Shown: positions 12,001 through 27,366, numbered from the stretch's first letter. The stretch is DNA of 60,000 nucleotides from Malacoraja senta (GCA_038087875.1 CM075989.1:11782001-11842000), one strand, 5' to 3'. The notes: generated by a model from the sequence alone, not told the origin. Made by a program: numbers and translations.

Positions 12001-14761
12001 AATAAGTTTTGTGTACCATTGAATAAAACGAGTATTCCCTTCCGACAGGGTTAGCGATCCTCCAAACATCTGTTATATTTGTATTTTTTATGTAAGTATT
12101 TAAGATTTCCCTGGTTTTAGATTTTGTGTTGCCCCTACTCTGTTGTGAAGATTTATCCAAATATGGATCTAAAACAGTTAAAATCTCCCCCAATTATCAC
12201 ATTTTGATAATTGAACTCTGTAATTATATTCAGAATTTTATTTAAAAATTGAGGATTATCAAAATTAGGCGCATAAATATTTACCAAGGTAATTGGGGTA
12301 GCATGAATCTCTCCGGTAACTATAAGGTATCTCCCTTCCTTATCTGTCATGATATTCTTCGATTTAAATGGTATACCTTTTCGAATAATGATTGCTGTGC
12401 CTCTAGCTTTGGAAATATATGAAGAATGGTATGTTTGGCCTATCCAGTTTGCCTTCAATCTGGCTTGAGCTTGCAGTTTCAAGTGAGTTTCATGTAGGAA
12501 TATTATGTCCGTATTGAGTGACTTCAATTGTGCAAAAATCTTACCCCTTTTAATTGGTTCATTAGCACCCCTAATATTCCAACTGCAGAATGTGATTCCT
12601 CCAAATTTCTTTTATTTATCGTCTTGCATTTTGAATTATTTAATACCTTTTAAACATGTGGTGAAAGCAATACCTTAGGTCTCTGGCTGTTGGGCGAGCA
12701 TTTGCAATATTAAATTCAGTTATTACATCCCTCTCAAAATTGTCCTTAAGTAAAGAAACAAAAAAGTGTACATTATTGTGACATTTAAAAAAAATCAAAA
12801 AAGTGAGGTTACAGTGTCTAAAAATGACGACACTGTGACCAATTATCCACCTAATGGTGGTAGTTACACAATTAATGACTTCCATAGTTGTTAATCTACA
12901 TTTAGCTCCGTCCCCTTGAATAATCTTACAAAAGGGAGTTGGGACCCATTCAAAGCCAAATTTTATGTGTCAGCCTTACCGTATCTACCATATCTTTATA
13001 TCTAAATAAATCTTCTCTAATCTCCAAACCTATCTACCATTTACTTATGTTAACAATTATTACATTTTCTTCCCCTTCCATACTAATCTGCCTTTGGTTG
13101 GAAGGGGTTAACCCGATTCAGTCACCTGGCTATTTGCCAAGATTCTGAATCTCCACACCTCCTTCCACACAAAATTTGAACTACAGCTTATCATAATTTC
13201 TAAATTAATTTGTTAGTCTGTTGTAAATCTATTTACTTATATTTAGCCCCCCTCCTCCCCTACCCCGGGGGGGGGGGGGTGGGGTCAATCCTTATAATGA
13301 ATTATTACATTTTATCAATTAAGCAATTCAATTTTAAATTAATTACTATTACTGTTAGTGTGTTAATTTCAATAACTTTAATTACTATTACTATATTAGT
13401 TCAGTAGTTTTTGTGTTAGTATGGAATTAGTGTAGGGATAAAATTTTAAGTCTTTCATTCAGGATTTTTTTTCCCATCCATCTTCGTTAGGTTGCTCATT
13501 CAGCCATGCCCTTGTTATTCCATCTTTCGCTCATGTTGGAGCCAAATTTGTCCTTGAGATAAGAGAGTCTAGACAGCCGCACATGGAGAAGCTGCGCCAT
13601 CTTAATCCTTTTAAAAAACATTTTAAAAGTTATTTCTATCGACCTTCCCTCAGCCGTTGTCTGTAGAATAAAAACCTTGTCTTGAGGATGTGATGTTTTA
13701 CTTAAGCCTCTATTTCTTTTACGATGTCTTGAGCATATTTATAAGCAGCTTCTGGATCACTAAATTTGCGTTCAGTACCATTATAAGTAATGATCATCTT
13801 AGCTGGATAAATTATTCCATATCTGTTGTGTATTTTTAAACGCTTCTCGTTTTTTTTATAGCAATTTCATAAGGATAGTCTCTAAAAAGTCTGATGGTGT
13901 CCGTCCAAAACTTCCATATTGAATTTTTCTCATGGCCTCTTCCAAAGCTGAAATGTCCCGAAATTTCACAATGATCTGTCGTGGGGGAGCTCCTTTTGTT
14001 TGTGTCCTTGATTTTAGCCGTTTCACTTCTATTTTCGGTTTAGCTGGCAGGTTGAGTATATTTTTAAGTAAGTTGGCAGTGTACTCTCGGGGATTATTCC
14101 CCTCCTCTCCTTCTTTCACTCCAACTATTCTTAAATTCTGCCGTCTTGACCTTGCTTCCAAATCAAGGCATTTATCCTTATCAATTTTCAAAGATAATTC
14201 ACCATGAACATCATCTATTCGTTTATTTATATTACCGATTGAATCAATTACTTTCTGATTCCCAGTGTTCATGTTCTTCATCATGCTCTCCATCATACTT
14301 TTATTACATGCCAAAAGTTCATTTTGTAAGTCACTCACCGATGTCTTAATTTCCTCCATCTCTTTGTCAGAACTTTTTCAGCCATTTCAGCCTTTGATCT
14401 TGTAGTCATTTTCAGGGCTAGTTCAGCAGTTACCTCTTCAAGTTCTTGAAGTTCAGCAGTTACTTCTTCAGGTTCTTGAATTTTTTCAGGTGGTGAGTTT
14501 TTTCAGAAGTTGCTTGGAGACAGATCTCTGAGGGCTCTGACAGGGAGTCGTTCTTTTCATTTAAAAATAGCTTAAACCTCCGTTATTTTCGCGGCGATTT
14601 CTGATGACGTCATCAGCACCGCGACAAGCAGCTCCGGTAAGTTTTTACACAAGGTCCCGACTTCCAAATCAATTTTTAAAGCGAAAATTCGCCGATTACG
14701 GGCACGGAGCTAAATGCTACGCCTGTTCAGTCCAACATGGCGCCACCGGAAGTCTCATAAT

Positions 14762-15587
14762 AGGGAGGTTTCACGGCAGTCGGGTCACGACCCCATGACC
14801 CGTACTGTTGCTACGCTACGCCAAATGGAATACACGCGATGAACTGCAGGCAAGCACTTACCATTGTTTCCAGCTTAGCGGGCCCGTTAAAACCCGCCGA
14901 AATGGTCAATTTTTGCGCTGTAAATAATTATGGAAATCAGGATAAGCGTGAGAGACATTTAGACAACTTCTGCTGAAAGGAACAACAACAGCCAGAGTGC
15001 TTGGCGAACATTGACCGTTTGCTCACTGCATTTCATCAACTGGCATTATTTGTGTTTTTTCTTGATTCCTTTGGCATCTAAAAAGTTTCAGAAGGGAATC
15101 TGGTTCTCGTGGGTTTTTACATACAAAAATAAAACGCCTCTGAAGCAAATTTTACAACCAGATTTACCACTTCTGAGACTTTTTAGATACCAAAGAAATA
15201 AAAAAACAAAACAAATAATGCCTTACCGTTAATGAAATGCAGTGAACAAACGCGATAAATCCCGATATTATCAATTCCGATATCTGCACGGCCAATGTTC
15301 GCCAAGCACTTTAGCTGTTGTTGTCCCTTCAGCTCTCGCTTCTCTTTACCTTCATTTCACTTCACTTTTGGAATTCTGAAGTTGGGTACATGTCTCTCAC
15401 ACTTACCCCGACTTCCACAATTTTTTACAGCGTAAGAATTCAACATTTTGGCAGTTTTTAACAGGTAGGAAAGTACGCGTTTCTTGTATTAATAACATAT
15501 ACCGGAAGTGACGGATGTCTTCCAGATGGATTGAGCGGCTCCGTGCGTCAAGCCCTATGACCCGGTGACCTTACGTGCAACCCCCCT
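14762..15587. mobile_element. Non-autonomous ISL2EU-like DNA transposon with THAP remnants, copy 1
   Basis: AT TSD; TIRs agggaggtttcacg / cgtgcaacccccct; two inverted THAP-like arms. Confidence 0.75.
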
Positions 15588-15877
15588 ATACAACTGTTAA
15601 AACTGAAACCCTAGCTTTGTATTCATGGAATGCAAAAAATCAGCTGGAAAGATCCATTTTGTGACCTTTGAAACTTAACTTGTGGCAACACACTTGATTG
15701 ACACATTGAGAGTACATGAAATGAGCTACTAGAGCTAGAAGTGGACCATAAAACAATGTCCAAAAAATATTCTTGTTCTTCACAATATACTCTGCAGCCC
15801 AGGATCCCTTTATTTTGTAGTTTGTTACTTTACGATTCTGTGCATAATTAATGTACAATTTGAACCCAATAAATATG

Positions 15878-15993
15878 GGTGACGTTTCAGGTCGAGACCT
15901 TTCTTTAGATGGGTTTGAAGAAGGTCTCGACCCGAAACGTCACCCATTCCTTCTATCCAGAGACGCTGCCTGACATACCAGCATTTTGTGTCT
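15878..15993. mobile_element. Penelope-derived inverted hammerhead pair
   Basis: ggtgacgtttcaggtcgagacc ... gaagaaggtctcgacccgaaacgtcacc. Confidence 0.7.
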
Positions 15994-16513
15994 AAATATG
16001 ACATCAGGTTGTATACTTGGACATGAGCATTATACCAGCAGTATTATGCACAGAAATCCCAGAGAGATGAGGTACAGGGATGTGAAGAGATGAGGAAGGA
16101 GAAGGCAAGCAAAATGGGATCGACAACCAAACAGATACCATCTCCCACCTGAGTGACCTCCAAAAAACTTGGTCAGGAATGAAAATCTGACACTTTAAGT
16201 GAGTGAGGCTACAGAATATTAAGGATGAATAAAAAGGGGGCAGGCAAAAATAAATTACTGAACCATTGAATTTCACAGCATAAATACAATTTCCAAACCT
16301 GGTAACCTAGCTTCAAGAATTAAAATATAGGATGAATTTAATTTACATATGACACATATCATGAAGAATACAGACTTTATACACAGATTTAAAAAACAAC
16401 AAACATCCTAAATTGTTAAATTTAAGCAACATTGCAATTCCACAGTGGTTTAGAGGAACTGGCCAGTTAAATAAAACAGCTTTGAGGATCAGACATTAAG
16501 TGAACACATGAGA

Positions 16514-16519
16514 TTTATT
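16514..16519 (-). terminator. Candidate BLM polyadenylation signal AATAAA
   Basis: tttatt on the plus strand about 390 nt after the stop codon; another at 15809-15814. Confidence 0.35.
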
Positions 16520-16908
16520 GTCCAGGAATTCCACCCTGGTCTCAAAGCAAAAATATTCTTCGGGTACAAAGTACCTTAGATTTTAAATGTTACGTCTTCA
16601 CAGCCACCAATGTATTGAAGCAAAAGTAGCTTTGACTACTGATCAACGTAGTAGCATAACTCAGAGGGTACTACCTTAATTTGCCATAGAGGATAGTCTT
16701 TAATCAAATGAGATGGATTGGATTCAACAGAACAGCAGCTTAATTCATCAGATCTTGTCCAGGTTGGCAGACTTAGAACTTGAATTAAACCAACAAGAAA
16801 ATGCTTTGGATTCCATTTTCCTTATAGATCCAGTCCCACACCATCCATTTGCTCTTTTCACAGGAATGTGAAGGATTGCACACAGTCAGGCGAAAACCAA
16901 GGGTTAAC

Positions 16909-17053
16909 TTAAAAAGAGTACGAAGGCTTGAGGAAAGACCGTTGGTTGGTGCTGCCACGAGGAACTGGCAGTGGCATTACCCCTGGACGCCTGGCACCCG
17001 TGCTCGGTCCATGGCTGAAATGCTTGGAACTTGTCGGATTCTTCACATTGGAG
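16909..17053 (-). CDS. BLM: BLM exon 22 (last coding exon; ...RRPGVMPLPVPRGSTNQRSFLKPSYSF*)
   Basis: Acceptor tttttgctcaacacag, phase 2, stop TAA at 16911-16909; BLM-type C-terminal FLKPSY. Confidence 0.92.
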
Positions 17054-18329
17054 CTGTGTTGAGCAAAAACAGAGCATTAATATATACCCCAGAAGTCTCC
17101 GCCACACAGCACAGGTAAATATATAAAGAGAATGATCCCAGAACTGTGACTAACAACTAGCACACATCATCTTCCAATGACCTCCCTGCTAATTCAGGTT
17201 TAGTTTAGTTATACAGCATGGAAACAGACCCTTCGACCCACTGAGTCCATGCTGACCAATGATCATCCATCTAAACTAGTTCCATGCAACACCACTTTCT
17301 TATCCACTTCTGATACATAAGGGGTAATTTTACAAAGGCCAATTAACCTGCAAACTCGTTTTGGGATGTGGGATGTAACTGGAGCATTTGGAGGAAATCG
17401 GCATGGTCACAGGGAGAATGTTTTGGATGATCTAACTTCACTCTGAGGAGCTGTGAATTCAGAGTATTGGATTTATTCACTCCAATTGTGAAAAATAATA
17501 GGCCAATTATCTTACTATTTGTGGCACTCCGTGGTGTAATAAGTGGCCAGCAAGTCTAACAACATAATAATTAGGGAGAACCCAAATTGTCTCCCTTGTC
17601 AAAAAAGTGAAGATCATTGCCATGAAATGTTATTCCTCCCGAGCCATTTTAAAATGCTGGGTAAGGGTTCCCTCCAGTGGCTCGTCTGGAAATGACTGAT
17701 TAGCACATAACCAGAAGAACAAGGCCCTAAGTTCTGATTTAGCCTCAGCACCTTTATGTCGGGGAAATTAAGAGGCAAATGTGTGTGTGATCCTACTATT
17801 AGTTTTGTAAGCTGGGTTGTCTTCTTGCGCTGCCACTCATTAAATGATAGCCAAAGCTCTGCAAGTCCAACATTCAAATATAGCTAATAATAGCAGAGAA
17901 CATAGTTAATTAAGCAAAGACCAAATTGATATAATCGGTGTTTAATTATAACTGGCTTAATTGGATGGACTACATTTTCTCATTCTAAAATAAACAGATT
18001 CTGTGACACACAACATGTGACTTACATCTCCATAAATGAACATAATTCCCAAACTTACATACAAGTTTTAAGTCTTCAATCAACAACTATGCTGCATAAT
18101 CATCAACAATTCCTTACGTCATTAGCCAGTTTAAATGTGACAGTGCTGTCTCATGAGATTAATGATTTTTAAATTTGAGAAACATGCATGAAGAGTCATA
18201 TGTCACCATAAAGATGGGAATGAAGAGGAGAGAATAAAAAATGCAAAGGAAGGGATGTTTTGTGCACCATGTTTGACCTTAAACACCTGGATTGTGATTT
18301 TGAAGCCTGGCTTGGAACTGGCTTCAGGA

Positions 18330-19335
18330 CTACCTGACCAGCAGGCATCAGTCAGTTTGAATTGGTCATAGCATTTCCCCCACCACTGGTGCTCCTCATG
18401 GTTGTGTGCTCAGTCCCTTGCTCTACTCCTTGTAGTCATGACGGTGTGGCCAAGTACCAATTAAATTTTGATGATACCACTGTTGCTGACTGGATCAACA
18501 CAAGGAGATGGAGTGCAGGAAGGAGATCAGGAACCGCATATCATGGTGTCAGAACGGCAACCTTGCCTTTAATGTCAGGAAGACAGAAGAATTGGTTGTT
18601 GACCGTAGGAAGATGGGGATGGGGTTAGGAAAGGAGTGAACATAATCCTGTCTTCCTCAAAGATGGATAGCTTCAGGTTTCTAGGCATCCATGTCACCAG
18701 CAGCCTAACCAGGTCCCTTCATACTGATCAAGAAAATACATTAGTGTGTTTACTTTTATATGCGTCCAAGAAGATTTGGCATGTTCTCTCGAACTACTAC
18801 GCCTCAGAAGCATCTCAGCCTGTTTTAGCAACTGCTCTGCTGTTGACCACCTGAACCTACAAGAGTCCACACAGCACAGTCCCAGACTCACACAGGCTTA
18901 CCACTTAATTCTTTCAAGCCCATCTTGACAGTGCATTGCATCAGGAAAGCTGGAAGCATTGCCAAGCATGCCTGTCACCATGGCCCCTCACTTTTCTCTC
19001 TTCACCTTCTAGGAAGATACAGGAATTTTGAAGTTCAGCCATCCAGGCTGAACAACAGCTTTTTCCCCCACTGCTTTCAGACTCCTAAAGCAATCACAAC
19101 CTTCAAACCCACTTCCTGGAGATGCAGTCACGTGCTCATACTCTTAACTTTACTTCCTTCAGTTATTTTATTGCACATTAGTACTTTTTCGGCACTACTT
19201 AAGATGCACTACAATCTTTGCACTCTTGTGAAACTTTTGTTATTGTATCACCATTCTTACTCTATGAGCTTCATGTGAACAGGGGATTTCATTGCACCCT
19301 GGCGTACGTGACAATACATTAGTTTAATCTAATCA
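18330..19335 (+). mobile_element. Decayed Rex1/Babar-like LINE; others at ~32415-33105 (-) and 47635-48245 (+)
   Basis: RT and C-terminal remnants (DDTTV, FRFLGIHVT, RLNNSFFP). Confidence 0.65.
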
Positions 19336-19418
19336 ACATGCATTACAGGAACAGTAATTTCAACATAGATTATAACAAGCTTTCATAATTCAGGCTATTT
19401 TGTGGGCAGATCACCCAC

Positions 19419-19617
19419 CTTTTTGAAGGTTGCTGGCTGTTATACCCGGTTTTCCGTTTCTTTGCCCTCTTGTAATGTGGGGCCCTTTTTCGCTTCCTCA
19501 TGGGGCCACCTTTGCCTTTGTTGAAGTACGCCGAGGTTTCCTCCGACTCCTCTTCATCCTGGTTTCTCTGGCAGTCTATCCAGCCATTGGGAGCATCAGC
19601 TTCACCAACTTCCTCTT
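19419..19617 (-). CDS. BLM: BLM exon 21 (bipartite NLS RKRKRAPHYKRAKKRK)
   Basis: cag/gtgggt boundaries, 199 nt, phase 1 to 2. Confidence 0.9.
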
Positions 19618-20234
19618 CTGTTGGGCCACAAATGTGACATTGTAAAGTGTGAGTAGAGGAGAGTTTTACCGTAGAGTAACTTACACAATGAAGGTACCAA
19701 GGTCAGTCCACAATCTGCCTCACATTCTTTTTACATCAATCTGAATCCATTCAAAATTCTGCTGCCCGACTCCTAATTTGCTCCTGATTAATCTAATCAC
19801 CTTGCACCTTTCTCCATCTCACCACTCACAAGAAAAAGTAGGCTATCACATCCTTCAAGCCTGCCTCACCATTTAAATAATCAAGGGATACAACTCCTCT
19901 CTTCCCTTCTATGTCATTTCTTAAAACTTCTTTCTCCTTTTTTTTTATGCCATTTATTTCTCGATTTATTAAATACGTATCAATCTCCATTTTAAATACT
20001 TATAATCCAGCTCTAACCACCCGCTGAGATCGAATTCTAGAAATTCATCATCCTCTGCAAAAATTATTTTTGAGAAACCAGAGTTTTAAATGACTGGCCC
20101 TGCCTTGCATTATGTCTGTTTGTTCCACTACTGGAAGCATCTCAACTTCTAGCCTGCATATTTTACACCATAACTGACCAAATTGATTACAAAGAGCTTT
20201 GTAATATCCTGTGAGGAAAAACATAAATCTGCTA

Positions 20235-20444
<210 letters not shown>

Positions 20445-21638
20445 TTACTCATCAACATTTTTTCAGGTACATCTAAGGCACCAGTGCTGACTGTTTATCG
20501 GCAAGTCTTTCCATAATCTCCATTCATTGATTATTATTTTGCACATTTTGATTTTGCTATATTTAATTGTTTTCTCATTAATTCATTTTTATAAAGTAGA
20601 TTCACAGGAAGATCAGATATTGCTGAGTGAGGTATACAAGAATGGAGGAATCATTCAAGCTTATGTTACGCAAAGCCCCTTCTATATCCAGAACCCCAAA
20701 ACTCTACACCCAAAATTTAAATTTAATTTGCCCAGTAGACTGAACATTTAACCACAGATGAGTAGAAATGTCAAAAGGACAAAGGTTATTTTTTGTTTAA
20801 AAGATGGCAAGACACCCACTTTCAATGCACCTCATGACTCTTCATAACACTGATGTGGTTGGGAAAGTACTTAAAATATTTGAGAAACCCAAGCACAAAA
20901 ATCTAAGCTGATACTCCAGTGCAGTACTGAATTATTTGAATATAACACATATAATAGGAGTGCAGGTGGAGGGGTAAAGAATTTGTCTCCTTATATCTGC
21001 TCCACCATTTAATAAGTTCACAGCTAACCTTTCACCTTAGGCTCACTTTCTCCTGCATGGCGCCTATATCATTTGATTCCTAGATGAATCATTAAACAGA
21101 GCCTGTGATTCAGCTACATTTAAATAATCTCAGAACACCATTTGTATTTATCCCTCAACCAACATCGTAAATAAATCAACTGCTCATCGTCACATTGCTG
21201 TTTGTGGGAGCATACTGTCTGTAAATTGTTGGCATGTTTAGAGTCTGACAGTAAAACAGCATGAAAACAGGTCCTTCAGCCCAACTCATGCATACCGACC
21301 AAGATGTCCATTTTAGCGAGTAACATTTGTCTTCACTAACTTCTACATCTCTCTAATTTTTTCCTATCCTTGTTTCCTGTTTATACCATAATTAATACAT
21401 TTAATTTAGTGGTGTAAACAGTTTTGAAACATTGAGGTTGCAAAACATAATAATAAACATGAACATTATTTTTCTTTCATTAGAACCATCATCAGGAATC
21501 TCACCGCTTAAAGAGTGCTGAATGTGGTCTGTAGATGGCAGCAAAGCCATGCTTCTGCTCTAAGTTAAGTTAACACTGAAATCACACAAGCCCAGTTTTA
21601 GTTCAATGACTCAGACAACTTATTTCTTATCTATTTTA

Positions 21639-21851
<213 letters not shown>

Positions 21852-21985
21852 TCACAAAAACACATCGTTATACTGTTGCTCTAAAGATCAAGCCATCCAA
21901 ATACTTCAATGGAACCCACTGGAGAGGATAAGCATGAACAATACTATAAATGCAGGGCAGTTCTACAAGTTCAATATAAGAATTA

Positions 21986-22216
<231 letters not shown>

Positions 22217-22587
22217 TTAGGCTAGTTGACAATCAGACATGTTTCCCAAATCCTAGGGAACGGGGCTTACACCTGGTCATTGGGCTGCACTAAAGAGACA
22301 AGAAAGACAGGGCTTTGTGTGCTCATGAAACACAGAAATATAGCCAATTGAAATCTTCACAAATGGAGTCGGAGACTAATTTTCCGCTTTGTGATTTTTG
22401 TCCTGGTTCTACCTTAAGAAAAGAAGAGCCTGCATTTTTATAACACCTTTCACAAGAAAGAAACTGATGAATCAGACTGAACAGGCATAAATGAAGAAAT
22501 TCAAACAGCAAAAGAGCCCCTTATAACAAAAACACACGGAGCCTGTCATTTGCTACATTCAATAATCTGGAAACAAACTTCACTCAC

Positions 22588-22735
22588 CGAGGTAGATATC
22601 AATCAGCATGTTCAGGGTGAGCCTGCTAGAAGGCTGGCCCGCACTGTATTTTCTTCCACTGCCGCCACTGCAATTCTCCTGAACAAAGTGTACAACTCTC
22701 TTCACTTCCTCCGTCACATTTTTGGTCCTATAATT
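22588..22735 (-). CDS. BLM: BLM exon 17 (NYRTKNVTEEVK...RLTLNMLIDIYL)
   Basis: tag/gtgag boundaries, 148 nt. Confidence 0.95.
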
Positions 22736-24145
22736 CTACAATAAGGACAGTTAGCCGTGATGGAGCTCAAAACAAAAACGTCAATTTAGAACATTGTGCA
22801 GAGAATCAATTTAAGAAAGAATAGCTACTCAAAGAAAACTCTTAGTACAGTGGATGGGATTTGTATTGTGTTCCCTAATAAACAGATAAATGTCGATTTA
22901 TCTGCTGCCCTTATCCTTTGTGGTGGCAATAATTTAGTGGGTGCTGTCAAGAGTAGCCAAGGCACGTTAGTGTAGTACCTTTTGCAGATGGTACACAGGG
23001 CAGTGGCAGAGGGAGTGAATGTTTAGCATGACAGGTGTAGTGTCAATCATGAACGCTGCTTTATTCTGGATGGTGTCGCGTTTTCAGTGATGTTAGAGCT
23101 GCACTCATCCAGGCCAGTGGAGAGTGTTTCACCACAAGACAATAACATGATAATGGATGGATTTGGAGCCTCAGAAGATGATATTCATTATAGGAGACAC
23201 AGCCTGACATAACTCTGTTGGCCGCAGTATGATTGCTGATTAAGCTAAGTGTCTGGCTAATGGCGAGTCACTGTGATGTTGATGGTAGTTCTCATGATGG
23301 GAATGGCAAAGTGATAGAGACTCTCCCTTGTTGGAGATGGTTATTGCCTGACCACAGAATTCCAGCTTCTGATGCTGTGGCACAGCATGTTGGAACATTG
23401 ACATGTGGTTGTCAATTAATAGTGACCGTCAACATGAATATAGGGCGAGAACACAGTATATACTGAATAGTGCATCGCTGCCTTTAATGAGTCAATAGTT
23501 AATACTCTGGTTCTGCAGGCAATCATTGACTAGATGCAATAAACATTTTCAGTGTATAGACTTTCCTAAAATGGTAGGTTTTACGTGCATATGATATGGT
23601 TTGATTGCAACAGATGCAGGCATGTTATTCATGATCATGCTTGCTGTGCATAATACACACCTATTAAACACCCACCCTTCATCATAAAACTGACTTTAGG
23701 TTAGTTTTATGAAGAAGGAATTAACACATTCAATCATATGTACTGAAGCAAGGCATTTTTCCTGCTGTGCCCTTCCTAAGTAGTCAACAATTACTCCACC
23801 ATTCCTTTCCCATGGACCTGATCATTTGTGTTTTCTAACAATTAATTCAATTCCATTTTGAAGGTTCCTGGAAAATCTCTTCCCCGTTCTCTTTCAGGCA
23901 ACACAATCCAGTTAACAACAAGAAGCCCCATAAAACATTTTTTCCCGTATCCCCTCGGGTTCCTTTGCCAGTGATCTTAAGTCTACGCTCGCTGGTTACT
24001 GACCCTCTTGCCATTGGAACAACAGTTTCTCCTTATCCATCATATCAAAACACTTAATTTGTATTTCAACACCAATTGTCATTAAATAATAGTATTTCAG
24101 GACTAGTAACAGTAATTATTATTTCAGTATTAGTACAAGAGGTTA

Positions 24146-24421
<276 letters not shown>

Positions 24422-25640
24422 TCAGTTGACACATGGTCCAGAATGCATTTTCTTGAAGGATGTTCTGTTTATAATTCCCTCCATACAATTCAAGTTTGCA
24501 CATCTTTATACCCAAGATTTCAGCAAGGATTCGCTGATAAAATAAGCAGATAAGTCAGAGATCATGAGGTTTCCTATGATAACAGAGTAACAAGACTTCC
24601 CTTTAATTAAGGAGGTGAGGAAATAAACTAAGAAACGATATAATTTGATTTTAAAAGTCAAACACAACCAGGGACCTACAGGAATGAAAGTTAACACAGT
24701 TTCAATTATTCCTTTTCTGGGTGACATTGGAAATCATAAATTTTAAGCACCAATCCTAACTTCCTGTAGTGTTCAATCTATTTTCACAATGAAAACAACT
24801 AGATTTATTGAAACTGAAGCTAGTTGAGACCGATCTTCCATTTTGGAAGGGCACAACTCATTCTGTAACAATTCTCCGTTGCCACAAGTTGCTGTGCTCA
24901 TCAAGAGCTAAGTATAAATCTTGCTGTTATTTCCTCAGAATATCCTGGGCTGTTCTTTTCATGCTAGTGTTTCAAAGTACAATGATCATACTGGGGCTAC
25001 AATGCATAGCCCTGGACACTGGATTATTCTGCCCAGGAAGCTGCCACAACCAATCCATGCTTGTATGTATGCATGCATTGTATAATGAAGACAAAGAACT
25101 CACATTTATATCATGCCTTCCCTGATCTTATGAAATTCCAAAAGCCTTAAACCAAGATCCTCAGATGACACTCTCCTCACAAATGCGCATGTGGAACATT
25201 CCGACTCATGTCTGAGGTAATAACAAATTCTATTCTGGTGTCTAAGATGGGGACATGAAGAACTGCAGAAGCTAGTTTACAATAAAAGACACAAAGTGCT
25301 GAAGAAACTCAGCGGGTCAGGCAGCATCTCTGGAGAACATGAATAGGTGACATTGAGTCAGGACCCTTCTTCAGTCTGACGGGTCCCAATCAGAAACGTC
25401 ACCTATTCATGTTCACCAGAGATGTTGCCTGGTCGGCTGTTTCTCTTTCTGTCTTGGATGGGGTTTAGTCACAAGAGCATCAAGGCATCAAGAATGGTGA
25501 ATGGGAATTCTGAAAAAGCATCTCCCCACTCCCATGAGAAAACCAGTTTCACACAGACCAAAGATGTTGACCAGATGCCTCAACTGAGTTTAGTGCCTTG
25601 CTCTGATAAGCTTTTAGCAACCATCGATGGCAGTTCCTTA

Positions 25641-25841
<201 letters not shown>

Positions 25842-27366
25842 CTAATGGAACACACCATTCACAGATGAGACAGTTAATCATCTTGACAGACCTTAATCCT
25901 AGCAACACCCCCTGTGAACCATACAATCACTCCCTTTTTATGATTAGGATTTTCATGGCATTTTGCTTCCAGAGAATATATCGAACAACTTCACCTAGTG
26001 TCACAGCACACTTATTTGCCCTTTGCTAAATTTCTGCTGCACAGTATTGATTGCATTTAAAAAATAATCGCTTTAATATAGAATTTCCTAGAATCACAGG
26101 CTTATAGGATTTTAATTATATAGGCAGTTAAGTAGTCTGAGTGAAGAAGCCAAGGTTTATTCTCATTCTTTTTCGGTATCTGGTCTTACCGTCAAGGATA
26201 GCATTTAACGCTCAATCCTAATTGACTTTGAGGTAATGGAGGTGGTGAGCTCTCTCACTGAACCACTACAATCCATTGAACGATTGTGTTCCTTTTTGGG
26301 GAGGGAATTTCATGTTTAGATCCAGTGATAATTAATATGCAGTCTTTGGCATCTTTAATATATTTCTAAGTCAGGATGTGTGCATGTGGAGGGAGCCAGT
26401 TTACATGTACTTGCTACTTGCCCTTCTTGGTGGTAGGGGATGAAAGTTTGGGAGGTACTTCAGAGTAAAATTACTGTGTATTTTGTAGATGGCACATCCA
26501 ACAGCCACTATGTACCAGTGGAGGAGCAAGTATGAATGGGATGCCAATCAATTGAATTGTTTTAACCTAAATGATGATGAGCCTCTTGAGTTGTTGAAAG
26601 TGCACTCATATTGCCAGGGAGAGAGAACTTCATCACACTGTTGACGTGCCTTGTAGATGGTGACAAGGTTTTGGCTATCAGGAGACAGTTACACTTACTA
26701 CAGGATACCCAGCCTCTGACCAACTTTTGTGGTCACAGTATGTATCTGTGACCCAAGGATGTTAATGGTGGGAAACTCAGCAATGATAATGCCATTGAGT
26801 TTGATGGACACTCTTTTTTGAGACAGGCAACTGTCTGGCACTGTTATTTTTAGGGAAGAAATATAAATCTCGTCAAAATTAGGAAGATGTTTGATAGGGT
26901 AGACAGGGAGGCCTGGTTGAAGATAAGGGTTGATGGGGAGAAACAGTTTCCAAATGACAGAAGGATCAGGAACCGAAGGATAGGAATTAAAAGTGACTGG
27001 TCAAAGAATCAAAGAGACAAGGAGAATCTGTTTAAAAGAACTAACCATTATAATTTGGAATATATTGCATTTAAGGGCAACGGAAGCAGATTCAACCAGA
27101 ACTTTCAAACATTGGTGAAGAATGAACATTAAAGAACTAAGGGAAAACAAGAGCTAAATAAGTACTTCTGATCTTTCAAAAGCACTGGGACCGATGTACT
27201 AGGTGGTTCCTTCTGCCACGGATCATTACACCTATAAGATGCACCACTAAAAATTAAAAATAATTTCCTTCACGTGTTACCTTTTTCCTGGTTGAAAAAC
27301 ATCACTGCAGATCATTTTTGCAAGCCACTGAAACATAATAAAACTATACATCACAGGCTGGTTCTA

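Larger units (their letters stand above)
8431..14755 (-). mobile_element. Full-length L1 retrotransposon, inactivated by frameshifts and stops
   Basis: ORF1 ~14409-13702 (DLEARSRRQNLRIVGV, IYPAKM); ORF2 ~12629-8781 with APE endonuclease (SWNIRG, YSRIDY, SDHSP) and RT (PGPDGF, RQGCSLSP, YADD); A-rich tail at 8431; TSD cataatacaact. Confidence 0.95.

Noticed and set aside
8781..12629. Active L1 ORF2
   Set aside because: Broken into at least six frames by frameshifts and stops, and interrupted by an insertion
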